Shown: in pieces, positions 13,526-25,719 of the stretch
Numbering within the stretch: the stretch's first letter is position 1
Layout of the letters: each line of letters begins with the position of its first letter
From: Vicugna vicugna
Lineage: Eukaryota
Direction: 5' to 3'
Length of the DNA stretch: 64,000 nucleotides
NCBI GenBank assembly: GCA_013265495.1
Contig: MU057701.1
Span: forward strand, 310,001-374,000
Notes under the pieces: generated by a model
Databases searched by the model: none
What the model was told of the DNA's origin: nothing
The model's input: only the letters and a program-made list of their open reading frames with translations
Made by a program: the position numbers and the translations under genes

Positions 13526-15011
13526 AGTGTAACATATAAAGATAAGATTCCATGTTAGATCTTACATGACAGGACGGAACTGGCTTTTTTAACTGCCCCC
13601 TCTTTCTCCCCCAACATAATGATTTGCTATACAGTTTGTGGTCATTATGATTCGGAAGAATCTTTCTTTTACCATGGTTGTTAGCAATAATTGGAAATCA
13701 GGAACTGGAGGTTAGATTACAAAGAAGAGAGAGAGAGAGAAATCGGCACAGAAACAGCAGGATTTGGAGGGTGGGGATGCTAATATAAGACAGAACAAGC
13801 AGATATTGTCAAGCCAACTAAATGGGGGAACTTGTGGGTGTCAAGCACGTGAGGTCAACTCATCACAGATGGAACCACAAGGATATAAACCAGGCTAAGG
13901 AATGGGTCTGGACTGGCTGCTTTGAGCACAAAGGAAGGAAGGAGAGGAGGGAGAGAAAGTCTTTCCCTATTAAATGATGAGTGCTCAGGTCATTTCTGTA
14001 TTTCCAAAGTTTTAGCCACTGGATGAGGAAGGAGAGAGATAATACTTCCATCTAGTTAATTCCTTTTCTCATATATTTTTATTCTTCTGTCTCTAAGTAT
14101 AGAATGTAAAGTCATCCTTAATTTTATTCTGCTTTAAGGGCAATTTTTTTTCAATCGTCAAGATCATTTTGAATTTGAATCTTATTTTCTAGAATATTAA
14201 CCATTCCAACTAGGGTCAACTGTGAATTTAATCAGCACATATGAAATTTCTTTGTCCAGGTCATTAACTCATGGTATTAAAGAACCAACCTTCCTAACCT
14301 GCTTCATGTTTGCTATTACTAGGCAATGCCTGAATGATTGCTTTCAACAGCTTGTGTCCTGTGCCTTTTTTATCAACGTTGGTTAACTCCTAGAATCAAA
14401 ATAAAGTATTTCTTTTATTACCATGCCCCGAGTGTTTAGCCCAGTCACAAACTGTAGGGGATCACATTCTAAAGTCTTTATGTGTGAATACTACAGTACA
14501 AAACTAATGTCTGTTAATGGCCTTAGAAAATAATCAAATCCCCTGGCAATACAGAACATACTCATATGAATTTCAGGCATTAACTCTATAACCCCGTTTC
14601 ACTAAATACTGAACATATATACACTGGTAATATAAACAAACACCTTTTTGCAATGAATAGATACATGAACCACAGAGCTTAAATGAGGAAAACTAAAAAC
14701 CAGAAAGCAACGGAAAGCTGATATGAAAGGGGAAAATATTCAATTAAACTTTTTAGAAAATGTGTATCCTTTGTATCTTCCAAACTGAAATCCCCCCAAA
14801 TCACACAACTGACATGCACAGTGGGACTTGTGGAAGTACTGTCTAACATACTTATAGTAGCTCCTAAGTAGCTGCCGACAAAGATGAATGTGTAGACAAG
14901 ACATGAAATTAAACCTCAGACAACATGAATGCGACTGATCCTTTATGTTACAAAAAGAACCAAAACTTGAAATTGTTTGAATGTTCTTAAAATTAGATAA
15001 ATATGTTAAAG

Positions 15012-15014
<3 letters not shown>

Positions 15015-15044
<30 letters not shown>
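15015..15044. repeat. (TG)15 microsatellite
   Basis: Direct read. Confidence 0.95.
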
Positions 15045-15048
<4 letters not shown>

Positions 15049-15204
15049 TGTATACACATCTGGTACATCTATTTCCTACACCACAAATGAAGGTAAATGC
15101 ATGAAAATAATGATTTGCCACTTTGGAATCTGTCCTCAAAGGTAATTTGAGTATCGGCAGATAAATCTTAATGGCAACTGAATAAAATGGTTTATACACA
15201 AAAT

Positions 15205-16030
15205 AAATGACCTTCGAGCAGTTTTGCAGTTTTTAGCATACAGATCCTGTACACGTTTTATTGGATTTACACCTAGTATTTGATTTTTCTTTGAGCTGTT
15301 GCAATGCTTTTTGCTTTTACATTTTGGTTTCCAATTGAACACTGCTAGTATATAGAAATGAGATTGATTTGTGCCGCCCTTATATCCTGAAACCTTGCTA
15401 AACTCACATTACTCATAGGATTTTTGTTGACTTATTTCCTGGGTAGATTCCCTGGGTGTTTCTACATTGACAATCATGTCATCTATGAGCAGAGACAGTT
15501 TTATTTCCTCCTTTCCGATCTCTATGTCTTTTCTATTTCTTGCTGTACCTCACTGGCTACGACTTCTAGTACAATCCTGAATAGGAATGTTGAGAGTGGA
15601 CGTCTTACCTTGTTCCTAATCTGAGAGAGAGAGCACTCAGCATTCAGTCTCTACGATTAATCATGACAGTAACTGTAGGATTTGTATAGATGCCCTTTAA
15701 CAGGTTGAGGGATTTTCCTTCTATTTCTAGTTTGCCAAAAGTTTTTATATGTGGATGTTGTATTCTGTCAAATGTATGTGGGTTTTTTTTTTTCAGGGGA
15801 GGGAGGGTCTATTGACATAATTGTGATTTTTCTCTTTAGACTGTTAACATAGTAGATTATATTGATTTATTTTCAAATACTGGACCAGCTTTGCATTCTG
15901 GGAATAAGACCAAACATGGTCATAGTGTATTATTCTGTTTTAGATGTTGCTGAATTCAATTTGCTAATGTTGTGCTGAGGATGCCTGCACCGATATTCAC
16001 AGGTATCTGTAGTTTTCTCTTTTTTGTACT
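15205..16030 (-). mobile_element. L1 ORF2 fragment (old L1M), same sense as HELZ
   Basis: ccttgctaaactcac, agacagttttatttcctcctttcc, ggttgagggattttccttctatttctagtttg: antisense L1 ORF2 signatures. Confidence 0.8.
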
Positions 16031-16129
16031 GTCTTTGTGAATATTGCTTATTTTTATAATCTGGAATTTGGCACCATGTGCTAATAAATGCTTCTTAAAA
16101 TCAAAATTAGATTTAAAAACTAAAACTAA

Positions 16130-17160
16130 TAGAAATAAACTCAGATTTTATCAAATGAGCACTATAACCACACATAGAAGAATTATTTCAGATGCCTTTA
16201 AAATCCAGCATTTTAACTAATATATTACATATATCTATGGGATATAGCCTTAGGACAAAATGAACCACAATGATATCTTCAACTGCATTTACTGGTAACT
16301 CAACATCAGTATTGTTACTATAAAACCACCATACACACACACCCCATCTCTATCTTACCTATCTATGTGTATGTATACACATATAAAGCAAGTAAGTAGT
16401 TCTGTTAGTCACTTACTAGAAACCATGATCTTTAGTGTAAAAGAAAGTAAACAAATATTAAAAACCCTTCTTCATTTGACTTGGAAATACCAGTACGGAT
16501 GCGTGACCTATTTTTCCCTTTCAAAAAATAGAGCACTTTCTAGCTCTGCCCAGGGCAAATGTAAGGACAACCAGTAGCAATGAACATCTTCAGCACCAGA
16601 ATACAGTCTCCATCAGGGCTCCCTGAGCAATAACTGACTCCTGGTTAGGAGCAGAAAAGGTACAAGATGAGCCAGAGACATCCTGTGATGCCTGAAAGCA
16701 CGGAAGCTACCGAAGATCACTGTCAACATGTCAAAAGAACACAGGCATCAATACGAAGGGAATCCCACTGGCCAAAGACAGAACAATGTGTCAAAAAGTA
16801 GAATGACACTCAAACGTATAAGGGTGAGAGGAGCCTCAGTGCTCATGTTTGGGGCCTTCATTACTCTGAAAATTGCCTAATAAAAGGCAAGAATCAATCA
16901 GTTAGGCTGTCTTTTCTACATAGACTGGATTTTAGGTGATCAGATATTCGATGAGGAGAAGTTTCTCTTTTACAGAAGAAAAATAAATGCAGAAGAAATT
17001 AAACAAATTTGAAAACCACCATTTTGCTATCTAATGAAACAATGGTTCTAAGCAACAATCATCAATAGCTGCTAAATGTGAAAGGTTGTTGGGAACTTTT
17101 AATGTTGATGGGTCAGAATAATATGTTCTGATCACTGATATCCGGTGATCAACTTAACAT
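16130..17160 (+). mobile_element. L1MC-like 3' end fragment
   Basis: cagggctccctgagcaataactgactcc..gtacaagatgagccagagacatc..tgcctgaaag resembles the L1MC 3'UTR. Boundaries approximate. Confidence 0.6.
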
Positions 17161-17354
17161 TACTTAAAGAAAAACCCAATGTTACGTGCATCTTTCCCCA
17201 TATGCAGATAAACACACACTCATTTAAACATGAGATACTATATACAACACGCTAGTTTCTCACTAAAATAACACAGATATCAGAATTTCTATATAATGAA
17301 AACTCTTTTATAACATCATATTTAATGAATGCACTTTATTTCTTCACTTATTTA

Positions 17355-17480
17355 ACCTTGGAGTAACAAATTCTAATGTCCACGGGGCCAGGTCTGTAAC
17401 CTAAATGTGTAAAGCAGTCCAGGTGTTGGACGATGTGAAGTTAAGCTGTCATAAACCAGAGAAAATATGCCTGGCAATCA
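17355..17480 (+). mobile_element. Possible MER103-like hAT fragment
   Basis: acaaattctaatgtccacggggccagg..gtaacctaaatgtgtaaagcagtccaggtgt resembles the recalled consensus start. Confidence 0.35.
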
Positions 17481-17849
17481 AACTGGTCAAATTTAATTTT
17501 CTAAAAAAACCTCTAAACAAGTAAATGAAACAAATATGGACTATGAGTATTAGTCTGTACTCCCTGAGTTAAGCCACATCCTCATTTCTGGGGCGTTTAA
17601 TAATTTTTCAGTTTCTCAAATTTATTGGTCCAAAATATCACTGAATTCCATTGCTTTGCATCTTGTTCAACTACAAATTCTCATACAAGATGAAGGTTAT
17701 TGGTTCATTAACCAAATTGATTTTTTGGAGATGCTTGTGTTTTCTTTTAATTTAAAAATATGTTTTTGGCCTGAATTCATGTGATCCAAGAAGAGACAAT
17801 ATAACCTCGACCTATATTGAAATTTCAAGGACATGGCAAGATTCTGGGG

Positions 17850-17932
17850 CAGAAACCAGATCTTACTCACTTTTGTGTTCCCAGCACCTAATACCATGCC
17901 TAGAACATAGAAGTCCTCAATAAACATTTGAC
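17850..17932 (+). mobile_element. L2 3' end
   Basis: tcccagcacctaataccatgcctagaacatagaagtcctcaataaacatttg. Confidence 0.7.
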
Positions 17933-18879
17933 AAAAGCATTTAGATGTTGAATGTTGAATACTTGCTATATCTTCCTTTTAATTTCCCCAAGCTTTGAAG
18001 AAGAAATTCTTGACTGTAGAACACTCTTGGGCTCTACTAACTTACTTCAATTTAGCTCCCCACAAGGTTATCATCTTACGTCTAAAGCAAGGTGCTACAA
18101 TTTCGTTGAGTTACCTAGAAAGAAAGAAACTAGAAAGGAGGGAGGGGAAGAATATCACTGTAAGATTAAAAACAATCAATATCAGCAAGCCAGGCAATGT
18201 ATCCTGGATAAACTGTAACTTGTAACAGTAATGTTTATGGGTACATGTGATGTATTCCACTGAAAAGGACCTATAAATTAGAAAACAGTATTTGTTTTTC
18301 AAAGGCATGATTCCCCAATTAATGGTGGAGACTGGTCCAAGACTCCACTAAAATAATAATAAATGAAAATAAAAGATCTATATTAACAGTAAAGACTGGA
18401 TGACTAGCCATCAACAAAGGACACATTTCTGCAATACATGGAGGACTGTGTAGGAGAAGGATGGAGTTACAGCTACAGAAACACCAGCTACCATGGAAAG
18501 TGAAGAAAGGATGAAGGGATAAAATTGGGGGGATTAACTGAAAGTTTGTACAGGGAACACGTGGTCTCACTCTGCACTCCTCTGCAACAACCAGAGGGAT
18601 TCAAGCGTTAAAAAGTCCCCAGGGAAAGGCCAACCAGGCAGTAAGTCCTCTGATAAACACAAAACTCCCAAGTTGCTTTTTTGTGACACAGATAATCAAG
18701 GGTTATCAGACATTTCAAGGGAGCCTCCAACAAAAAAGACGGTTACAAACAAACAAATAGGAAAAAAGGTTGGCCCAGAAAAAAGTAACAATGATGTTTT
18801 CAAAACATTTTTAAAATACTGTTTTAGTTCTTACTAAAAATCTAAGACAAAATAACAACAAACTCTCAATTGGTTTCCT

Positions 18880-19210
18880 CAGAAAAGGCAATGCATTTGT
18901 AAAACAAAAATAAGATGTTATGAAAAAGGAAAAATCCGAGAATGAATCTCGGACATTAAACAAACTGAGGGCTCAAATATGGAATGTGAGAGAAGGGTTT
19001 GTAGATAAAATCAAGGAAATCTCTCAGAAAGCAGGAAAAAATACAAACATCAAAATATAAGAGGGAAAAAAGAATTTGAAGAATCCAGGAGGTCTAACAT
19101 TTCATCAACGTAAGTTTCAGAAAGTGAGAAACAGATTAAAGAGATGGTAGGCAATTATCAAAGAAATAATGTAAGACAGTTTCAAAGAGCTGAAGGGTAT
19201 GAGTCTCTCT
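18880..19210 (+). mobile_element. L1/HAL1 ORF1-region remnant
   Basis: A-rich; tccaggaggtctaacat..gtttcagaaagtgagaaacag..caaagaaataatgtaagacagtttcaaagagctgaag. Confidence 0.55.
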
Positions 19211-19216
19211 CTTGAG

Positions 19217-19370
19217 CAGTGCTGTCCAAAAGACCATTCTGTGATGACAGAGACGCTCTGCATCTGCACTGTTCAGTAAGGTGGACCCTAGTCACATGTG
19301 GCTATTGAGCAACTGAAATGTAGCTAGTGGAAATGAGAAACAGATAATTTATTTCACTTCATTTCAAATC
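19217..19370 (+). mobile_element. MER3-like hAT-Charlie fragment
   Basis: cagtgctgtccaa...ctagtcacatgtggctattgagcaactgaaatgtagctagtg. Confidence 0.75.
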
Positions 19371-22300
19371 ACATCTACTCCATCAGAAGTTCCTGTAGGT
19401 GTTACCTACAAACAGATCTTGAATTTATTTCTCACCATTTCTTCTGTTTCATCATAGCCCAAGCCTCCATCATCTCTTGCCTAAATAACCGTGTCACTCT
19501 CCACCATTTAAAATATGATTTTAAAATAATTATTTTTAAAATAAAGTGCATTATTTTAACAGAAGTTTAAAAACAACTTCAATGTCACATCACGTTCATA
19601 AGATTCAATTACACCGATAAAAGCAAAAATGTATCTTAATTTCCAAAACCACACTACATTTATTTCTGGGTTTTGTTATTGTTTTTCTTGAAAGAAAGGT
19701 ATACTGAAATAAATACGACTTTGTAGTAAAGTGCATTAAAAATCAATTTAGGTCTAAATAAAGAAAAATACCATTTGAAAGCATCTCACAGGCAAGGGGA
19801 CTTACAATCTGCAAACAGTATTTTCCCACCAACCAGTATTCTTTTCCTATATCCAAACACAAAGTAACAGAGGAGATACTAGAAAGAATGCAATATTACA
19901 TCTAAGAAAGAAATGTCAAATTCACTGCTGTGACATTTTGAGCTACCTTGACTATCTGGCTCTTCTTAACGCTTCTGGAATATGAAACAGTCAAGTTATC
20001 AATTATAGACCACACTACCACTTACAATGGAAAAATGTCAGCTTAGATAGGAAATAAAATAGTACACAGAAGTTTACCTTCAACTCATAGCTATCTGCAT
20101 TTCCTCTGAAGAATCATAATTATCATAATTAACTTGAAACACAAGATAATGCCAGAGAATTTTTGTTTCAATTTTTAAAGAACACTGAGAAATGAAGTAC
20201 ATCCCTTATAGTTAATTTTCTAGTATTTCAGATCTCCAAATAGATCATTTGAGCAGTCAAACATTTAGTAGCCAGAGCTGGACAGCTATTAAGAATCAAG
20301 AATTCCATCTTCCTCTCTCTCTACCACCATCCCTCCTCCTCCCGAAAAAGGAAAACTTTATGTAACTGAAGATTTAATTCTTTGGTCCCAAGAACATAAT
20401 TTGTGTCCCCCCACCACCGCCATCTACTTCATGTAATTGCAATCATTTCTCGTTTTCCAGGAATAAACTTTATTCGTGGCATAAAGATGTGAAGAACAGT
20501 TAAAGATGCTCCAGAAACAGCACAAGATTGGAAGTCAGGAGTCTCAGCTCCGCTGTAATTAGTAACTGCTCAAGTTCTAAGTTCTTTAATGTCTTAGTAT
20601 CTCAGTTTCCTTTAAAAAGGAGTTAGAATAAATGATCTTCAAGGCCTCAACTAATTCCAAAGTTCTAAGTTTTATTTTAAAGACTTCAATAAATCTGTTT
20701 TTGTCAATAAGAATATATTTTAACTTTTTATTAATTTGTCCAAACATAATCCATCACCAACTTTAATAATCATCAACAATTTGATGTATTTGTTATAATA
20801 ATTAAAGTGTTATATATTAGCCTATTTAAAGTTATTTAAATGAAAAAAACTATGGAGAGCATACGAACTGATTACAATAAAATGCATTATGGGAAATGAG
20901 CTTAAAATTTCAGATTTTTTTCCCCACAGAGGGAAATTTCTAAAAAGACTTTGAAAGAGAAGGGCCTCCAAACAAAAATTTGAGGAAAAAATTCCTTGCC
21001 TACCAAAAAATATACATTTCTGATAGAGAACGCTCTTCTATTTCCACCTATACTTCAGTTCTATGGGCTTTTAGGCTGTTTAAATATACAAACTATACTT
21101 CCCTTCTTTTCTTTCTTATCTCTTCTAGGCCATTTTTTCTTTCCTATTACTTTTGCCCAGTTCTCAGTTTTTTTCCATAAAGAAACTATTCTTTCTACAC
21201 ACATTTTCTGCCAATCAGATTGTTCCTTTATTTTCAGATGGCAACCCTATCAATGACTGGCACCCAGATTAATTTTAGAGTCCTTAGTTCTTAAATAATT
21301 TCATTAATTATTGCTTAAAGGCTCATTCTACTCTGTCAGAGATTCTTACTCCTGGGTTCAGTATCAACTCCATATATGTTTGTGTGTTTATAAACATTCT
21401 TCACATTTAAACTGTGAAACTGTTCTAACTAAACATATGATCATTATTTTCTAAGTGTACTGCTAATATGTCCTTCTAAAAATCAAAGTATAAAGCTGAC
21501 ATTTCAAAAGCCACTTAAGAAGGAAAAGCTAAATGACTACATTCATGTATGAATATCTATTGTTAAAGGTGGTTGTCAGTTTAAGTAAAAATTCATAATC
21601 TGCTTACCACTGTTTTATAAGGCATCTCTCTAATGCATAAGGTTAGCAAAACATTTCACATGTATATGTATAAGTAAATAACTGGGAGAAAGTTTAGCAA
21701 TTTAATGAATTAGGGCTCTATTTACAATTATACTATCAAAAGCTTAATGCTCTGGTGGAAATTCCAAGTCTCATTAACTATGGTGCCAGAAACTTTAATT
21801 AAAATAGAACACCTCATTTAAATCATTAGCTTTGGTAATTCAAGCACGAATAGAGGTCTAATTTATTAATTTGTTGATCACTGTCTCTGTTATGTGCATT
21901 AGATGGTTTGTTAGATACCACACATTAACAATCTCTCTGAGAGGTTAACATTTCGGAGAAGACAGCAATACTACCGCCTGGTTATGCAACATAAATCATG
22001 AGCTGACATCATCTACTTTGAAAGCCAGAGTAGGCAGACTATGTCAATCAGCCAAGAATACAATCTTCAAGCTACATTTATACAATAACACCCTGCCCCG
22101 TAGAAAGGCACTTGGTAGGGGTCGGGGTAGGGGGATGATTGGACAACAGTATTGAAATCATTGAGTATTGAAAGGCAAATACTTCCTGAAAACAATATTG
22201 AAAACTAACTTCATAACTAGAAAGAAAAAATGAAAATAAATAGATGCACCAAAAAGTGTCTTTGTTCAAAAGCTAACATTTAAGACAGAAATGTTTCAAA

Positions 22301-22419
22301 GCAGATACATCACAGAGGCATACATGTCATCTCTAAGATGGCAAAGGAAATGCTGATTTACTGAAAGCTGATCAAAATGAGTGATTTACAAGCATTCCAT
22401 TTTCATTAGAAAGCCATTA

Positions 22420-22613
22420 CATACAAACTACTATATATAAAATAAACAACAAGGTCCTACTGTACAGCACAGGGAATTATACTCAGTATCTTGTAATAAA
22501 CCCATAATGAAAAAGATAAAAAAGAATATATATGTATAACTGAATCACTATGCTGTACACCATAAACACAACATTGTAAATCAACTGTACTTCAATAAAA
22601 AAAAAAGAAAGAC
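22420..22613 (+). mobile_element. 5'-truncated lineage-specific L1 3' end with poly(A) and TSD
   Basis: aacaacaaggtcctactgtacagcacaggg..tataactgaatcact..caacattgtaaatcaactgtacttcaataaaaaaa. Flanked by agaaagccatta (22408-22419) / aggaagccatta (22614-22625). Confidence 0.85.
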
Positions 22614-22889
22614 AGGAAGCCATTATAACAATACCACCACTGCAACACAAAAATGTGCAGCTTTTAAACATTTGGAGACTTTTACAATGATGCTTTTAGA
22701 AAGAATTTTCCATTTATTACTAGTGAGCACTTGTAATCAAACTATTCCATGGCAAAGCATGTCTTAAACAGCCAAAGTTTTGCTCTGCACCAATATTAGC
22801 GCTGCTGGTTCTATGTTAAACAGAAGATTTTAACATGATAAAACTACTTAAGAAGAGTGAGGATTTGTCTCTCAGGATAAAAATGACTG

Positions 22890-23470
22890 GAAAGGATAAT
22901 GGGGAAAAAAAGATACTGTTCATAACAAAAACAAAGAAAAATCAACCTATGAGTAAATTTAACCAGAAATGAAGGCACTACAGAATTTTACAGCGGAATA
23001 TCCAGAAAGCAAACAAAAAAAGGAAAGATGGGAAGACGAAAGAAAGGGAAGGAGGAAGGAAAAAAGACTGAAATATGGAAGACTGTACCAGTTCCTAAAT
23101 AAGAGGTTTAAAATATTTGTAAAGACAAAATTTCCCCCAATTTGAGCTATTCATTTAATGTAATTGAAATTAAAACCTAAGAAAGGTTTCTGATTTTGTT
23201 TGGAGGTGGAGGGAGGGGGAGGTCACACAGACGTTCTAAAGTTCTAGTAGAAAAACCAGAAAATAACCTTCCTGTCTGCTGCCCTCTCCCCAAAACTGGA
23301 AGGAAGAAAAGTAATAAAGGAGACTTTATACTATCAAATTAGAATACTAGAAAGCCTCAAAAATTAAAATAGTGTAATTCTGGTACAGAAACATATAGAC
23401 AGATGAGGAGAAAAATAGAAAGTCCAGAAATGGATTGCAGTATATACTGAAGAGCTGCATCTTAATCAGG
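22890..23470 (+). mobile_element. Degraded L1ME-like ORF2 fragment
   Basis: aattaaaatagtgtaattctggtacagaaac..aatagaaagtccagaaat. Boundaries approximate. Confidence 0.5.
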
Positions 23471-24284
23471 GACTAGATTCTAAAGTCATCATGTAAAGTG
23501 AAAAATCTCATTGAGATCCAAACTCCCCTAGAAAAATCCTGAATCATGACTAAATTACTAGAAACCGAATCCTTGGACGCGCTGAAGCCAAGAATTCACT
23601 TCTATTGTTTCTTTCTGCATTTCATCTCCCCTCACCCCTCATAGCAGTAAGTTGAAAAGTAAGTATGATACAGCGCTATTATAAAGAATTCAGTATTTGA
23701 CAAGATAGCCTCTATTCTGTTCAGTGAAAATGTTTAACATGAAGTATGAAAACAACTGGCTATTTACAGAAAATTAAATCATAACCCCAAGCTTACACTG
23801 ACATTTGAAAACAAATTGGAGCAATTTATCAATCCGTTTCCAATCAGGAGTGGTCTGCAACCCAGCCCAAGTAGGAAGGCACCTCTGCACTTTGTTCTTC
23901 TCCTTATCCCATCACACCAGGAAAGAACTAGAAGTGAGAGAGGGTGCAGGCACTACTGCCAGACCACAGAGCCCCGGCTTCATCCAAGTGGCTGAGGGCC
24001 AGGGCTTCTGCTGCTTTTGAAGTAGGTAAGGAAAACCCACGGACTTAAGCCTTAAGCATCTAACTGAAAATACTCTAAACTTTTCAAGTTGCAGAAAGTG
24101 TTAGAGAATAGGATTACGATCCCATTTAGGGTGCCTTAACCTGGTTGAAAGGAAGGTTTGATGGGGGTGACACTGAGCATAGCAATTAGGGAAAAAAACT
24201 GTTTCGAGCCTCCAACAAGTAATTCCCCTCCATCAATCAGTCACACGTCCCTATCTATGGATGCTATGAAAAGCTATCTGTTAC

Positions 24285-24851
24285 TGTAGGGGAGCCACCT
24301 GACAGTGTCTGCCACCCCAAGATGTCTCTCTGGCATGACGATTAATTTAGGCTGATTATTTTTAAGGCCCCAAAGACTCAGGAAGAACCTTTGACCTTCC
24401 CCCAAATGCCTAAAAGAACCAGACAGAGGACTGTTCAGGAAGGGAGCTGTTGCCACAGGTAACTGTGGTAGGACCTAGGTGGGGGCGCACAGAGAAGAAC
24501 CTAGCAAAATCCGCTTGTGAAAACCCCTCTCTGGGTCCCACTGCCTCTGCATGGCCAGCAAACCACTGTTTACCAAACATCTGCTTTTTCTAACTCCACG
24601 TCGATTGCCTTCCTCCACTGTGAAGTCCCAAACCACTGCCCTCACATCCTTTATGTCTTTAGCTGAAAATGGTATTTGAGGTGAGGGCTTCAGTCATTGT
24701 GGTGGGTCACTCAGCTTTCCTGGTCTCTCCCATGTATAGATGTTACTAAACTTTGTTTGATTTTCTCTTATTAATCTGTCTCAAGTCAATTTAATTCTTA
24801 GACCAACCGGAAGAACCTAGAAGGGCAGAGGAAATTTCTTCCTCCCTGACA
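24285..24851 (+). mobile_element. ERV1 solo LTR, MER34/MER39-related
   Basis: TG...CA ends (tgtagggg ... cctccctgaca). gccaccccaagatgtctctctggcat start and ttaatctgtc..gaacctagaagggcagagg end. Near-TSD ttac/ttat. Confidence 0.75.
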
Positions 24852-25719
24852 TTATAGTAGCTATCCTGGTATAGTAAAATTAGAAACAATTTCTCTAACT
24901 TCCACATTTTCCATGTTGACCATGTACTCCATTTGTCAAAAGAAAGTCAAAATTATTATAAAAAAAAGAGAAAACTAATGAAATCTAATATAAAAAACCA
25001 TCTGTTCAAGTTAACTATTAAGCTAACATCTAGATATTTTCATCCCACATAAGATTAATCTATCAAGGTTTCTAACAATAAAAGAATTCACAGTCGATAG
25101 GTAAATAAAACATTTTTCTATACTGTTAACGTTAAAGAACCTATTTTAAAAGGCTGGATATAAAAATAAGCATAAGTCAATAAAAAAAGTTTAAAAATAT
25201 AAATAAATAAAAGGCTGGATATAAACAACAAGCACATAAACCATTCACTCTGTGAGATGATTCATGCAAAATCATTTTGTACAACATAACACACACAAGT
25301 TATCCCAATGCAATGAAAATGTCAAAACCTGTAATGTGGTAAAAATAACATTTTCCTTGTGAAGGTTTTTTTTTTTTCAGTGTTGAAAGTTAGTCATCAT
25401 TTGTGAATCTCATGCATCAAAATAAAGGTGACCTAATGTTTTTGCAAAAGTAATTTCACTCTAAGAATCCACTAACAATTGAAGGTACTTACTCATATGC
25501 TCACAGCTAAACAGTAATAACAAATGTTAAAGAGTCTGATGGTACAAAGAACTTAAATTCCAAAACTAAGAAACATTTAGACAAATCAACGACTCAAGTA
25601 CACTATTCAGTATTCAGCATTATTTAGCAAAGTACGAAACTTTGTAAAAACTTTGGCATGTTATTTCCCCCCACATTATGAACTCATTTGGCTGGTTAAA
25701 TCAAAATATTACAAGTATT

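Noticed and set aside
19517..19545. AT-only palindrome
   Set aside because: Low complexity, expected by chance.
25487..25570. Possible cryptic minus-strand exon (donor GA|gtaagt)
   Set aside because: Weak acceptor; such sites are expected by chance in an 18 kb intron.
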